From Patescibacteria group bacterium (lineage in GTDB: Bacteria; Patescibacteriota; Patescibacteriia; Patescibacteriales; UBA12465): DNA of 64,000 nucleotides. The stretch lies in assembly GCA_041650715.1 (NCBI GenBank), contig JBAZKQ010000001.1:587146-651145 (forward strand), in the 5' to 3' direction. Positions 28,876-38,337 of this stretch are shown here, in pieces. The first letter of the stretch is position 1; the number at the start of each line of letters is the position of its first letter. Made by a program: the position numbers and the translations under genes. Under the pieces are notes generated by a model. That model had not been told where the DNA came from. It saw only the letters and a program-made list of their open reading frames with translations, and searched no databases.

Positions 28876-31026
28876 TTATTGAATCAATTTCAAAAAATCT
28901 TCTTCGTTTAATATTTTAACCCCTAACTTTTTCGCTTTATCATATTTCGAGCCCGGTTTTTCACCAACCACGACATAGCTCGTCTCGCGGCTCACATTTT
29001 CATTGACTTTGCCGCCCAATGCTTTAATTCTATCTTTCGCTTCGTCGCGTGTCAAACCGGCCATGGTACCGGTTAAAACAAAGCTGGAACCGGATAATTT
29101 GGCGTTTAGCTGAGAGTTGGCGCTTAGTTTGGCGAGACTTAAAGAAACCCCGCTGGCAGCAAATTTATTCAATAATTCTAAACTATGTTCATTACTCCAA
29201 AAGTTATGAATACTACTCGCGACAATCGGACCGACATCCTCTAAATTTTCCAAATCGGCCAAATCTAATTTTTGAAAAGCCTTAATTAACTCGGTAATCG
29301 AAATAATTTCAGTTTTCCCCTGCCCCGGAAGCAAGGATTTTAATTTTGCGGCGAGTAGCTGCGCTGTTTCCTCCCCGACATGCCTAATTCCTAAACCATA
29401 AATAAATTTGGCGAGATCAAGCGTTTGGCGCGCCCCAATCATCGCGATTACATTATCGGCCTTCTTTTCGGCAAATCTATCTAAGCTTAATAAATCGGAT
29501 TTTTTAATACTATACAAGTCGGCCGCATCCTTAATTAAGCCTTCAGTTAAAAATTGCTCGATTAATTTCGGGCCCAAGCCCTCGAGGTCAGCGGCCCCTT
29601 TAGAAACGAAATGGATTATCTGGCGTAAATTTACGGCGTAGCATTTTTTGTTTTTACAACGATAGGCAACTTCATCACCCGTACGCTCAACTTTCCCGCC
29701 GCACATCGGACAAACTGCGGGCGGACTAATTTTCTTTTCCTTGCCCGTCCGTAAATTTTTCAAAACTGAAATTACTTTCGGAATCACATCGCCGGAACGC
29801 TCGATAATAACGGTATCGCCTAAACGTAGATCCAAGCGCTTAATTTCATCAAAATTATGCAGCGTGGAACGACCGATAGTCGCTCCCCCGACTTTAACCG
29901 GTTCAAGCACGGCGGTCGGCGTTAAGGCTCCGGTGCGCCCTACTTGCCAGACAATATCGTTTACTTTAGTCGTCGCTTGTTCCGCGGAAAATTTATAAGC
30001 CTGCATATAGCGCGGCGCCTTGCCGACGATGCCGAGCGTATTCCACATTTTTAAATCATTAATTTTAACGACCGTGCCGTCAATATCAAAAGGCAGCGCG
30101 GCTCGTTTTTTCTCGACGTCCCGATAGAAAGAAAAAACTTCATCTAAATTTCGACAAATCCGATTTTGAGCTAAAGTTTTAAGGCCAAGTAAGCGCGCGA
30201 GCGCATCGGCTTGATCACGGCGGCTAATAATTTCCCCACGTTCATAGGGGCGCCCGCCCGCCGTATCAAATAATAATAAATCATAGGCATAAAAGTCCAA
30301 CTTTCTTTCCGCGGTTATTTTGGCATTTAATTGCCGAATAGAGCCGGCCACGCCGTTGCGGGCGTTCGCGAGTTCCGCCTTCCCTTCACGCACGTATTTT
30401 TTATTTAAGTCCGCCAAAACCTTTTTACTCATAATGGCTTCCCCGCGCAACTCGATCGTACCAGCAATTACTAAATTTAATATCTGCTTAGTTGCAGTAC
30501 CTGGTAAACCAAGTGCACTCAATTCTTTTTCGCTTGGCACTCTAAGCTTAAGCGGAATACTGTTTATCGTTCGAATATTGCCGGTCACGTCTTCCCCGAC
30601 TTTGCCGTCACCGCGCGTCGCCCCGGCAACGAGCATTCCCTTTTCATAACGTAAATTAATCGCCAGGCCGTCGAGCTTTAATTCGCAATAGTAATCCGCT
30701 CGCAAGCTTCGCTTCAAATAATTATTATTTCTCTCTTCCCAAGCCGACATATCATCTTCAGTAAAAGCATCGAATAAAGAAATCATGGGTTGCGAGTGGA
30801 CCGCTTTTTTAAATTTAGATAAAGCCAGACCCGCTACGCGCTGCGTCGGCGAATCAGACGTAATCAAATCCGGAAACTCATTCTCAATCCGATAAAGCTC
30901 CATCTTTAAACTATCGAGCGCCGCCGGAGAAATACTTTCTTTGTCGAGGACGCTAAAATTATAGCGGTGAATATCTATTTCCGCCTTCAATTTATCCAAA
31001 CGAATTTTTGCCTCCGCTTTAGTCAT
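28876..31026 (-). CDS. ligA: NAD-dependent DNA ligase
   Basis: ELKLDG adenylation motif, VGRTG, C4 zinc finger, HhH, BRCT. Confidence 0.97.
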   Translation of the reverse strand: MTKAEAKIRLDKLKAEIDIHRYNFSVLDKESISPAALDSLKMELYRIENEFPDLITSDSPTQRVAGLALSKFKKAVHSQPMISLFDAFTEDDMSAWEERNNNYLKRSLRADYYCELKLDGLAINLRYEKGMLVAGATRGDGKVGEDVTGNIRTINSIPLKLRVPSEKELSALGLPGTATKQILNLVIAGTIELRGEAIMSKKVLADLNKKYVREGKAELANARNGVAGSIRQLNAKITAERKLDFYAYDLLLFDTAGGRPYERGEIISRRDQADALARLLGLKTLAQNRICRNLDEVFSFYRDVEKKRAALPFDIDGTVVKINDLKMWNTLGIVGKAPRYMQAYKFSAEQATTKVNDIVWQVGRTGALTPTAVLEPVKVGGATIGRSTLHNFDEIKRLDLRLGDTVIIERSGDVIPKVISVLKNLRTGKEKKISPPAVCPMCGGKVERTGDEVAYRCKNKKCYAVNLRQIIHFVSKGAADLEGLGPKLIEQFLTEGLIKDAADLYSIKKSDLLSLDRFAEKKADNVIAMIGARQTLDLAKFIYGLGIRHVGEETAQLLAAKLKSLLPGQGKTEIISITELIKAFQKLDLADLENLEDVGPIVASSIHNFWSNEHSLELLNKFAASGVSLSLAKLSANSQLNAKLSGSSFVLTGTMAGLTRDEAKDRIKALGGKVNENVSRETSYVVVGEKPGSKYDKAKKLGVKILNEEDFLKLIQ

Positions 31027-31135
31027 ACTTATCGCCCTTAGCGTTAATTATTTAAGAGAATACTTCTCTATTATAACATAAAAGCCCCGCTCCGTCAGGC
31101 GACAGAGGCAAGGCTTTTAAACTCAGAAAAAATGC

Positions 31136-31372
31136 TTATTTAGTGGTGTCGGCCGGAGCAGTTGTGTCCGTGGCCGCTTTATTAGCACCAGTCGCTTGGT
31201 TGATGAAGGTAACAACATCATTAACCGTCTTCGTGTTTTGGGCGCTCGCAGTTTGCAATTGAACTAAAGCATTACCAGCGTTATTTAGACGAGCATTAAA
31301 TTGCCAAAAAAGCATAATTAATCCACCCGCGATAACACCGACAATTAGAGGAAATAAAAATTCTCTTCTCAT
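31136..31372 (-). CDS. Small single-TM protein
   Basis: MRREFLFPLIVG... start at 31372 avoids overlap; resembles its neighbour. Confidence 0.7.
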   Translation of the reverse strand: MRREFLFPLIVGVIAGGLIMLFWQFNARLNNAGNALVQLQTASAQNTKTVNDVVTFINQATGANKAATDTTAPADTTK

Positions 31373-31397
31373 AATGTTTTTATTATTATTTATTTTA

Positions 31398-31601
31398 TTA
31401 TTTAGTAGGCGTGGCATTGGCGGCAGAGTTAAAAAAATTAACGATGGCAGTTAGTTTCGTCGAGTCATCGACAATACTGGTTTGAACAGCCGTGATTTTC
31501 GCGTCCATGCGATTTAATGAAATGTAAAAGTAAACGAACAAAGCCGCTACCAACAAAACAATGATGCTTGTGATCAGCGGACCGACGAATGATTTTTTCA
31601 T
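31398..31601 (-). CDS. Small single-TM protein
   Basis: MKKSFVGPLIT... TM followed by an amphipathic helix. Confidence 0.7.
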   Translation of the reverse strand: MKKSFVGPLITSIIVLLVAALFVYFYISLNRMDAKITAVQTSIVDDSTKLTAIVNFFNSAANATPTK

Positions 31602-31708
31602 ATTTTATAAAATTTACGTTTAATATTATTAATTATAACAAATATCAAAATCGGGGTCAATGATTTTTTCCAGAAATTTAAATCGAACCAGTACATTGCC
31701 TCTCTATA

Positions 31709-31737
31709 TTGACATTTATTAAAAAAAGTGCTATAAT
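31709..31737 (+). promoter_or_regulatory. Consensus sigma70 promoter
   Basis: TTGACA-17-TATAAT with TG extension. Confidence 0.85.
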
Positions 31738-31815
31738 GATATCATCGTTAATTTAGCCTAAATTGGCTATCAAAAAGACCTTTAAAAATTAGAAACAAAA
31801 AAAACAAACATAACC

Positions 31816-33075
31816 GTGAAAACTTTAATTTTATTACTTCTGTTGGCAGTAGCTCTTGCTTCATGCCAGTCCTGCGACAAGGACAAAACTCTTCCCGGCG
31901 TTGTAACCTCTCCAGTTTCTTCTATAACTAATAACTCAGTTATTAGTGGTGGAAGAGTGACGGATGACGGTAACGCTAAAATTATTGCTTGCGGTCTTGT
32001 TTATGGCTCAAGCTCAAATATAACAATTAACGGTCCTAAGACATCTGAAATAGTAGCAATTACTTTCAGCAGCCAAATCACAAGTTTGGAAGCCGGTAAA
32101 ACCTACTGCGTCAGGGCCTATGCTACCAACGAAGTTGGTACAAGTTACGGAGAAGCTATCTCTTTTCAGACCAGCGGTGCTACTACTAACGCCAGCACCC
32201 TCGACGCAACTAACATCGAGTTTGGCAACGCTACCCTCAACGGCAGCGTAACAACTGATAACGGTCAGACTGAAATCTCATTTATCTACGGAGAAAATGA
32301 GAATAATCTTGACCGAATCATCAGCGTGAACCCGACTAAAGGCGTAATTACTTACAGCGCAAGCGCCGTTATTTCCGGCCTGAATAAGAGTACCGTATAC
32401 TATTTCGCCATCAAGGCGGTTAATAATTACGGAACAAGTATCGGCGGAACCAAAAGTTTTAAGACTTTTGAAGGAAGCGCCAGCGATATTGACGGGAATG
32501 TTTATAAGACCGTTAAAATTGGCAACCAAGTCTGGATGACGGAGAACCTTAGAGTCAATCATTACAACGACGGTACTGAAATACCAAATGTTACCGACGG
32601 TAATACCTGGGCTACACTCACGAGTGGAGCTTGGTGCGACTACAAGAATGATCCGGCTAACGGAAAAGTATACGGCCACCTATACAACTGGTTTACCGTC
32701 GATACTAAAAAATTAGCTCCTCAAGGATATCACGTACCAAGTTATGAAGAGTTAGTCGCCTTAGCTGACTTTGTTATACAGCCCACTGGCGGCGGAAAAC
32801 TCCGGGAAATTGGAACAGCTCATTGGCCAAGTCCAAATGCGGACGCAACCAATGAAACTGGATTTACCGCTTTGCCGAATGGACAAAGGAGTAGCGATGA
32901 GCATAACGGTGGTATTGGTAATTTTAGCTACTTAAACGAGCTCGCAACCTTTTGGTCAGCAACAAAACTCGGAGATCCTCTTATCGGTATGTTAAATAAT
33001 TTCTATCCCGAGGCACTCACGTTTGGGACAATTTTTTCCCAATACGGTAATGGCGTTCGTCTTATAAAAGACTAA
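31816..33075 (+). CDS. Lipoprotein with FN3-like repeats and Fibrobacter succinogenes major paralogous (FISUMP) domain
   Basis: Lipobox LASC; YCVRAYATNEVGTSYG; DIDGNVYKTVKIGNQVWMTENL, YGHLYNW, GNGVRLIKD. Confidence 0.88.
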   Translation: MKTLILLLLLAVALASCQSCDKDKTLPGVVTSPVSSITNNSVISGGRVTDDGNAKIIACGLVYGSSSNITINGPKTSEIVAITFSSQITSLEAGKTYCVRAYATNEVGTSYGEAISFQTSGATTNASTLDATNIEFGNATLNGSVTTDNGQTEISFIYGENENNLDRIISVNPTKGVITYSASAVISGLNKSTVYYFAIKAVNNYGTSIGGTKSFKTFEGSASDIDGNVYKTVKIGNQVWMTENLRVNHYNDGTEIPNVTDGNTWATLTSGAWCDYKNDPANGKVYGHLYNWFTVDTKKLAPQGYHVPSYEELVALADFVIQPTGGGKLREIGTAHWPSPNADATNETGFTALPNGQRSSDEHNGGIGNFSYLNELATFWSATKLGDPLIGMLNNFYPEALTFGTIFSQYGNGVRLIKD

Positions 33076-33094
33076 GCCCTCATGCATTCTTCCC

Positions 33095-33169
33095 AAAGCC
33101 TTCTATACTCTTGAAGGCTTTTTTTATATTAATAAGCAAAAAAACCTCTTATAAACATAAGAGGTTTTT
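33095..33169. terminator. Two terminators between convergent genes
   Basis: AAAGCCTTC...GAAGGCTTT+T-tract (33095-33125) and AAAAACCTCTTAT-aaac-ATAAGAGGTTTTT (33140-33169). Confidence 0.75.
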
Positions 33170-33191
33170 GTATTTCGGTTATTATTTGATT

Positions 33192-34124
33192 TTAAGGCAT
33201 GTAGGTGCAACCAGTTGCAAGTTCATGTTGATATGAACTTGTGGAACTTAACATATTACATCCCAAATGAACATACGCGTCCGGAATACATACAACCGGA
33301 GAAGCTTCAAGATTCTGACAAGTCGGCGATGAATTTGAAACCTGCGAATGAAGGCAGGTAAAGCCTGTCTGACAACCTAGACCCGCCCCATTCCCCGGGG
33401 GGGTGGCGCAAGCTACGGTGCGAGTGCAGCCACCGGTCGGAATGTAAGTCTGAGAGGAAGCCGCCGACGTCTGGACGCAAGTATAGGTAACCCGGCCACT
33501 CGGGTGGCAGACCATCGAATAATACACATAAGAACCGGAGCAATTATTGGTATTATAAAAGGTACTACCACTATAACAAGTATAACCAGTGTCGCAACCG
33601 CTAACTGTTCCGCAATTACAAGCCTGACTTAAAACCGGGCTACCACCCGTACAAGTCGCCGGCGTAGAACTGACAACAATTCTTGTTTGTGTGCCTAAAT
33701 AACATTCGCTCCAGCCAGAGTAAACAAATGAAGTACAGGTAGTACAGGCTCCGCAATCAGACGGGCAATTTGTACAATTTTCATTATTATCAGCTACATT
33801 GCAAACGCCTCCTCCAAAAATACCTTGAGCGCCGTCGCCGCAACACCAGATATCAACTCCATTTGTACTCGTCGCAAATTTACGAACGCTTAACCACTCT
33901 TGGCTAGTCTTGTTTGGAAGAAATAAATTCTTGCCGGAATGATTATCTATTTTACAATTATCACCATAGCTACTAATAACATCTGACTTTGTTTGACCAC
34001 TCGGGATAGAGTAAGAATCCAACCATGCACCTCCCCAAGAAAAGACAAGCACCGGCAAAACGATAGCGCTTATGACAATAATTAATATACTTATTAAATA
34101 GGATTTTTTAAAAAAGTTTTTCAT
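33192..34124 (-). CDS. Cys-rich secreted protein
   Basis: N-terminal TM; CCGDG, ENCTNCPSDC, WSEC..GTQTR (thrombospondin-like), two similar C-terminal Cys repeats. Confidence 0.75.
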   Translation of the reverse strand: MKNFFKKSYLISILIIVISAIVLPVLVFSWGGAWLDSYSIPSGQTKSDVISSYGDNCKIDNHSGKNLFLPNKTSQEWLSVRKFATSTNGVDIWCCGDGAQGIFGGGVCNVADNNENCTNCPSDCGACTTCTSFVYSGWSECYLGTQTRIVVSSTPATCTGGSPVLSQACNCGTVSGCDTGYTCYSGSTFYNTNNCSGSYVYYSMVCHPSGRVTYTCVQTSAASSQTYIPTGGCTRTVACATPPGNGAGLGCQTGFTCLHSQVSNSSPTCQNLEASPVVCIPDAYVHLGCNMLSSTSSYQHELATGCTYMP

Positions 34125-34128
34125 GAAA

Positions 34129-34461
34129 TTAGTATTCTTTCAAAATATCACTTTCTTTTTTAATTATTTTATAACTTGTGATATTTCCATCCTTATCTCT
34201 CGCTAAAACCTGGATATTATCCACCGAACTCGTATTAATTGAAAAGTTATCCTTTTCTTTCGGTGTCATGAATTCAAGCTCAATCGGCTTAGGCATATTT
34301 ACAGTCGCTGATGGGACTGTCATTTCAGTAGGATTTTCAATCAGATTCACGTAGCCGGCGGGTGGCGTTTGACGATTACTGAAAAATTTGTAAAAAATAA
34401 AAATAGCAAGCAGCAAAAAAAGCGCTATAATTACTAAAACCATTAAGCGCCCTTTTTTCAT
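34129..34461 (-). CDS. Hypothetical membrane-anchored protein
   Basis: N-terminal TM; packed tightly between neighbours. Confidence 0.7.
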   Translation of the reverse strand: MKKGRLMVLVIIALFLLLAIFIFYKFFSNRQTPPAGYVNLIENPTEMTVPSATVNMPKPIELEFMTPKEKDNFSINTSSVDNIQVLARDKDGNITSYKIIKKESDILKEY

Positions 34462-34462
34462 G

Positions 34463-37400
34463 TTATTTAAGCTTATTTTTTAGTTCCAGTTTTTTGATTC
34501 TAGCTTCGAGAGTATCTATTTCCTTCTGCTGGGCTTTTACCGCTTCAATCAGAGGTGCAACTAAGTTACCATACTGAACGCCCTTTGCGCCTTCAGTCCC
34601 ACTAACTAATTCGGGATAAACTTTCTCTACTTCCTGAGCGACTAAACCGAGACTTGCAGCGCCGTCCGCCTTCCAATTAAAGGAAACCCCGCGCAGTTTC
34701 ATGATTTTATCCAAGGAATTATCCAAGGTTTTAATATTTTTCTTTAAATTACGATCGGAAGAATAAGTATAAGAAGTGGCCAGTACATTGCCGACGACCT
34801 CTAATTTACTGACCGGCGTCGTTGTGCCGATACCGACGTTAGCGCCCTTGACGTTTAATTGTCGATTGCCATAAAAATAAGTTCCGGTTGTTAAATTAAG
34901 CGCGGATATAACCTCGTCGGCGATCATGCTATACACGCCCATTTCCCCCTGATTATAGCCGTCCTGCATAATAATATCATTAGAGGTAAAGCCATAGGGG
35001 GCCGAAACGGCAGTACTTGCATATACGCTGCCAATGACCTGCAAGGCAGCCCCTGGATTCGTCGTCCCAATCCCAACTTTACCCAGCGATGTAATTGTCA
35101 CTTTGTCCGTTCCGCCGGTCTGTATTTTTAAAGTATCATTCACTCCATCCGCATTAATAATTGAGTAGCCGCCGGTATTGGAAAGCAAACTTAAAGTAGC
35201 GCTACCCGAGGTAGTCGGAGCAATATATAAAACGGCACCGCCCGCTTTATTAAGCGTTACGTCATTGCTAAGCAAAGTAGTACCGGCGACATTCAAGTTA
35301 TAGCTTCCCGTGGCAGTTGTGCCGATACCGACGTTGGAGCCAAAATAAGCTTTACCATCTAAACCGATAGCCGCGCCGATAGCACCGTTATTTGTAAAGA
35401 CGATTTGATGAGTATTAAGAAAGGGCGCACCGCCATTGGTGCTATAAGCATAGCCCATACCATATTGCGCACCAAAATTATCATTAGCTGTGCTCATCGG
35501 ATATGCTTCGGATATTGACCAAATGCCCTGAACCTCAGCCGCATTATAAGTTCCATAGCTGCCTAATCTTGATGTTTTGACGGCACCCAAAACGTCAAGC
35601 GCCACGGCTGGGTTTGTCGTACCTATCCCGACTTTACCATTCACGATCAAATTAGAAATATTACCATCAATAAAAGATCCGATTTCTACGGCCGGCCAAC
35701 CAGCGTCAACATTAATTTTTAAACTTGTATCTCCTCCTCCAGGACTCAAGGCGCCATAATTATCACCGGAAACATAGGTAGTCAAATTTAAAGAATGAAA
35801 GCTCGCAGAGCTGCCGCCAGTCACTGCCGCGGAAAAATTTGCCATCCCAGCAACATTTAATTTATAGGTGCCAGGGAGTGTTGTGCCAATACCTACGCCA
35901 GTGCCATTATCAAAAATAGAACTAATGGTTAAACCCGTAGAGCTTGCCCATTTTGTAACATAATTAGTTGTGCCAGTACCGGTAACTGTGCCGCTGCCAC
36001 CAGCCGGAAGAATAAGACAGCCTTCAGCATTTCCGGAAGCGTCAATACCCGCAGGATAATAGCCTGCCCCGCAATTAGTACCGTTAGCAGCCAAGGCGGT
36101 GGCTGTGCCTGACCGCAAACTGGCCGCCGTACCGGTTAACCCGGTACCGGCTCCGCTAAAAGATGAACCGGTTATCGTACTGGAGACATTTAAAGTTCCT
36201 AAAATATAACTATTGCCGTTTACATATAATCTATAGGCGCCCGGAGTTGTAGTGCCGATACCGACATTACCGGCGCCGGCGTCACCGTTATAAATAACGC
36301 CGTTTTTAGTCCCTTCCCAGAGATTACTGGCCGCAATTAAGGTCTTAACGTACCCTGTATTAGTCAGGGCGTAATCATCGGTGCCTAAATATGTACTTGT
36401 ATAATTATGACCTGTCGCGCTTGAACCGACCGGAGCATAGGCACCAACATTAGCGATTGAAAAACTATCATTCGGAGCACCGGTGCCACCGATACCGACA
36501 TTGCCGGCAGTCGGTTGCAAGAGGACATAACTCGTAGTTCTGGTGGCATTACTTGTTCCCTGCAAAGTTAGGTTTCCGCTCGCCACATCAGAACCATTTA
36601 TAGTCGCATTATCAGAAGTAAAAGTTAAAGAAGTCGGTCCGCCCCAATTAAAGGCGGCGCCGGTAGTAAGCGTAGTGAGTGATGAAGCGGTCAAAGATGT
36701 TTGCCCAGTTAAAGTCAGGGCGGTCGCCGTAAATAAAGCGCGCTGAACTCCGCCTAAAGTTAAGCCAATTTGACTTGCGGCCGGATGATACATGCCGGTT
36801 GTCAGGTCTCCGGTCCAAGCGAAGGAAGGTGTAGAAATAAGGTCAGCCGCTTGGCCTAAAAATTGAGTATCAGAACTAACTGAACTGGTAAATTTAGCAG
36901 GGCCGGAAACATTTAGGCGATATGCACCGGGAACGGATGTCCCAACACCGACATTGCCGGTAGAATCAACATAAACACCCTCATTACCACCGTCTCCCGA
37001 TAACCAATGAGTACTTAATTGAATATTTTGGGTTGCAATATGAGAACCTAAATCATCACCTCCGGTAGATGTTCCGCAGTCAACTCCTTTTGCCGAGACG
37101 ATACCGGTCGCATCAACATATAAACAGCGATTACCGGTACCGGCGAGCGTTGAATTGGTTATTTGGCCGTTAAAATAACTTGTACCGACGACCGCTAATT
37201 TCGCTAAGGGCGAAGTGGTGCCAATGCCGACATTGCCCGCGCCGGCGTCGCCATTATAAATAATACCATTATTGATGCCACTCCAGAGAAGCGAAGTGCA
37301 AGTTTCCGCATTGCCGGAAGCATCAATCCCGAGGGGGTAATTACCCGTCGTACAATTGTTCCCATTACCGGCAAGGGTGCTGGCCGAACCGGCCGTCGAT

Positions 37401-37669
37401 GCCGAAGAGGCAGTCAAGGCATAGCTCGAAGTTGAGGCATTTCCGGTATAGGTAGTAGCGTTGATTGAACCGCCCACACCGGCCGTCCAAGTTACTTTAT
37501 CGGCATTCGCGGCAAAATTTATTTTATACCCGCTGCCGATTCCTAAGCCGGTAACAAAGTTTGGCGTAGCCGCAAGAGCGTTTTGCGAAAAAGCAAAAAC
37601 AACCAGTAGGAATAAAATCGAAGCTGGAATAAGCAGGAATTTTTTATTATTCATATTATTATTCCTCAT
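34463..37669 (-). CDS. Secreted fibre/adhesin-like protein with C-terminal intramolecular chaperone (Peptidase_S74-like)
   Basis: Signal peptide, many GNVGIGTT repeats, SSDRNLKKNI...GLVAQEVEKVYPELV...LIEAVK plus coiled coil. Confidence 0.85.
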   Translation of the reverse strand: MRNNNMNNKKFLLIPASILFLLVVFAFSQNALAATPNFVTGLGIGSGYKINFAANADKVTWTAGVGGSINATTYTGNASTSSYALTASSASTAGSASTLAGNGNNCTTGNYPLGIDASGNAETCTSLLWSGINNGIIYNGDAGAGNVGIGTTSPLAKLAVVGTSYFNGQITNSTLAGTGNRCLYVDATGIVSAKGVDCGTSTGGDDLGSHIATQNIQLSTHWLSGDGGNEGVYVDSTGNVGVGTSVPGAYRLNVSGPAKFTSSVSSDTQFLGQAADLISTPSFAWTGDLTTGMYHPAASQIGLTLGGVQRALFTATALTLTGQTSLTASSLTTLTTGAAFNWGGPTSLTFTSDNATINGSDVASGNLTLQGTSNATRTTSYVLLQPTAGNVGIGGTGAPNDSFSIANVGAYAPVGSSATGHNYTSTYLGTDDYALTNTGYVKTLIAASNLWEGTKNGVIYNGDAGAGNVGIGTTTPGAYRLYVNGNSYILGTLNVSSTITGSSFSGAGTGLTGTAASLRSGTATALAANGTNCGAGYYPAGIDASGNAEGCLILPAGGSGTVTGTGTTNYVTKWASSTGLTISSIFDNGTGVGIGTTLPGTYKLNVAGMANFSAAVTGGSSASFHSLNLTTYVSGDNYGALSPGGGDTSLKINVDAGWPAVEIGSFIDGNISNLIVNGKVGIGTTNPAVALDVLGAVKTSRLGSYGTYNAAEVQGIWSISEAYPMSTANDNFGAQYGMGYAYSTNGGAPFLNTHQIVFTNNGAIGAAIGLDGKAYFGSNVGIGTTATGSYNLNVAGTTLLSNDVTLNKAGGAVLYIAPTTSGSATLSLLSNTGGYSIINADGVNDTLKIQTGGTDKVTITSLGKVGIGTTNPGAALQVIGSVYASTAVSAPYGFTSNDIIMQDGYNQGEMGVYSMIADEVISALNLTTGTYFYGNRQLNVKGANVGIGTTTPVSKLEVVGNVLATSYTYSSDRNLKKNIKTLDNSLDKIMKLRGVSFNWKADGAASLGLVAQEVEKVYPELVSGTEGAKGVQYGNLVAPLIEAVKAQQKEIDTLEARIKKLELKNKLK

Positions 37670-37707
37670 CGCCCTAAATTCATAAAATAATCAAAGGCGA
37701 AGAAGGA

Positions 37708-38277
37708 CTATTTAACAATCATCGTGCCCGTGTTTCCGCGAAAGCCCGGAATATCATCACGGAAAGAATAGGATCCGGCGGCAGGAGCGGTAAATTCTAT
37801 AAGCTTGGTTTCACCACTTAAAATCATCATTGTCAGGCCCATTAAAGATGCGTTCGGAAAAATAAAAACATGAGTATTATTATCAACCGAACTGACGGCC
37901 AAGGATATCTTCTGACCGGCCGAAACGGTAAATTCTTTTGGGCTAAATCCTTCCGCAGAAACCGAAAGTTTTATGGCGCTCGTCGGAACATTACTCGTTT
38001 CGACAACCACCTGCTGGGGGGCATCGGCAGACCCGGGCAGTTCACCTAAAGTAGCGGGTATAACCGGAACTATCGTGCTGACATCAACTCCTTCAAGAGA
38101 GGCCGTCTTTGTTTCCGCTACCGGAGAAGTAGTAGCTTTACTCTCGCCGGCCGTATTTGATTGCGTTACGACGCCGGACGGTTTAAGCCAGTTTTTATTA
38201 CTTAAAAAAGCGAATAAAATTACTACTAAAATAATCACTAAAACAGCGATTAAAATAGTTAATTTTTTATTATTCAT
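37708..38277 (-). CDS. Membrane-anchored cupredoxin-fold protein (Cu ligands lost)
   Basis: GFSPKEFTV...HVF...GSYSFRDDIPGF. Confidence 0.75.
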   Translation of the reverse strand: MNNKKLTILIAVLVIILVVILFAFLSNKNWLKPSGVVTQSNTAGESKATTSPVAETKTASLEGVDVSTIVPVIPATLGELPGSADAPQQVVVETSNVPTSAIKLSVSAEGFSPKEFTVSAGQKISLAVSSVDNNTHVFIFPNASLMGLTMMILSGETKLIEFTAPAAGSYSFRDDIPGFRGNTGTMIVK

Positions 38278-38337
38278 AAGCTTAATATTCCCGCAAAAAA
38301 GAAGAAAAAGGAATAAATATTGATTATTAAAATTATA

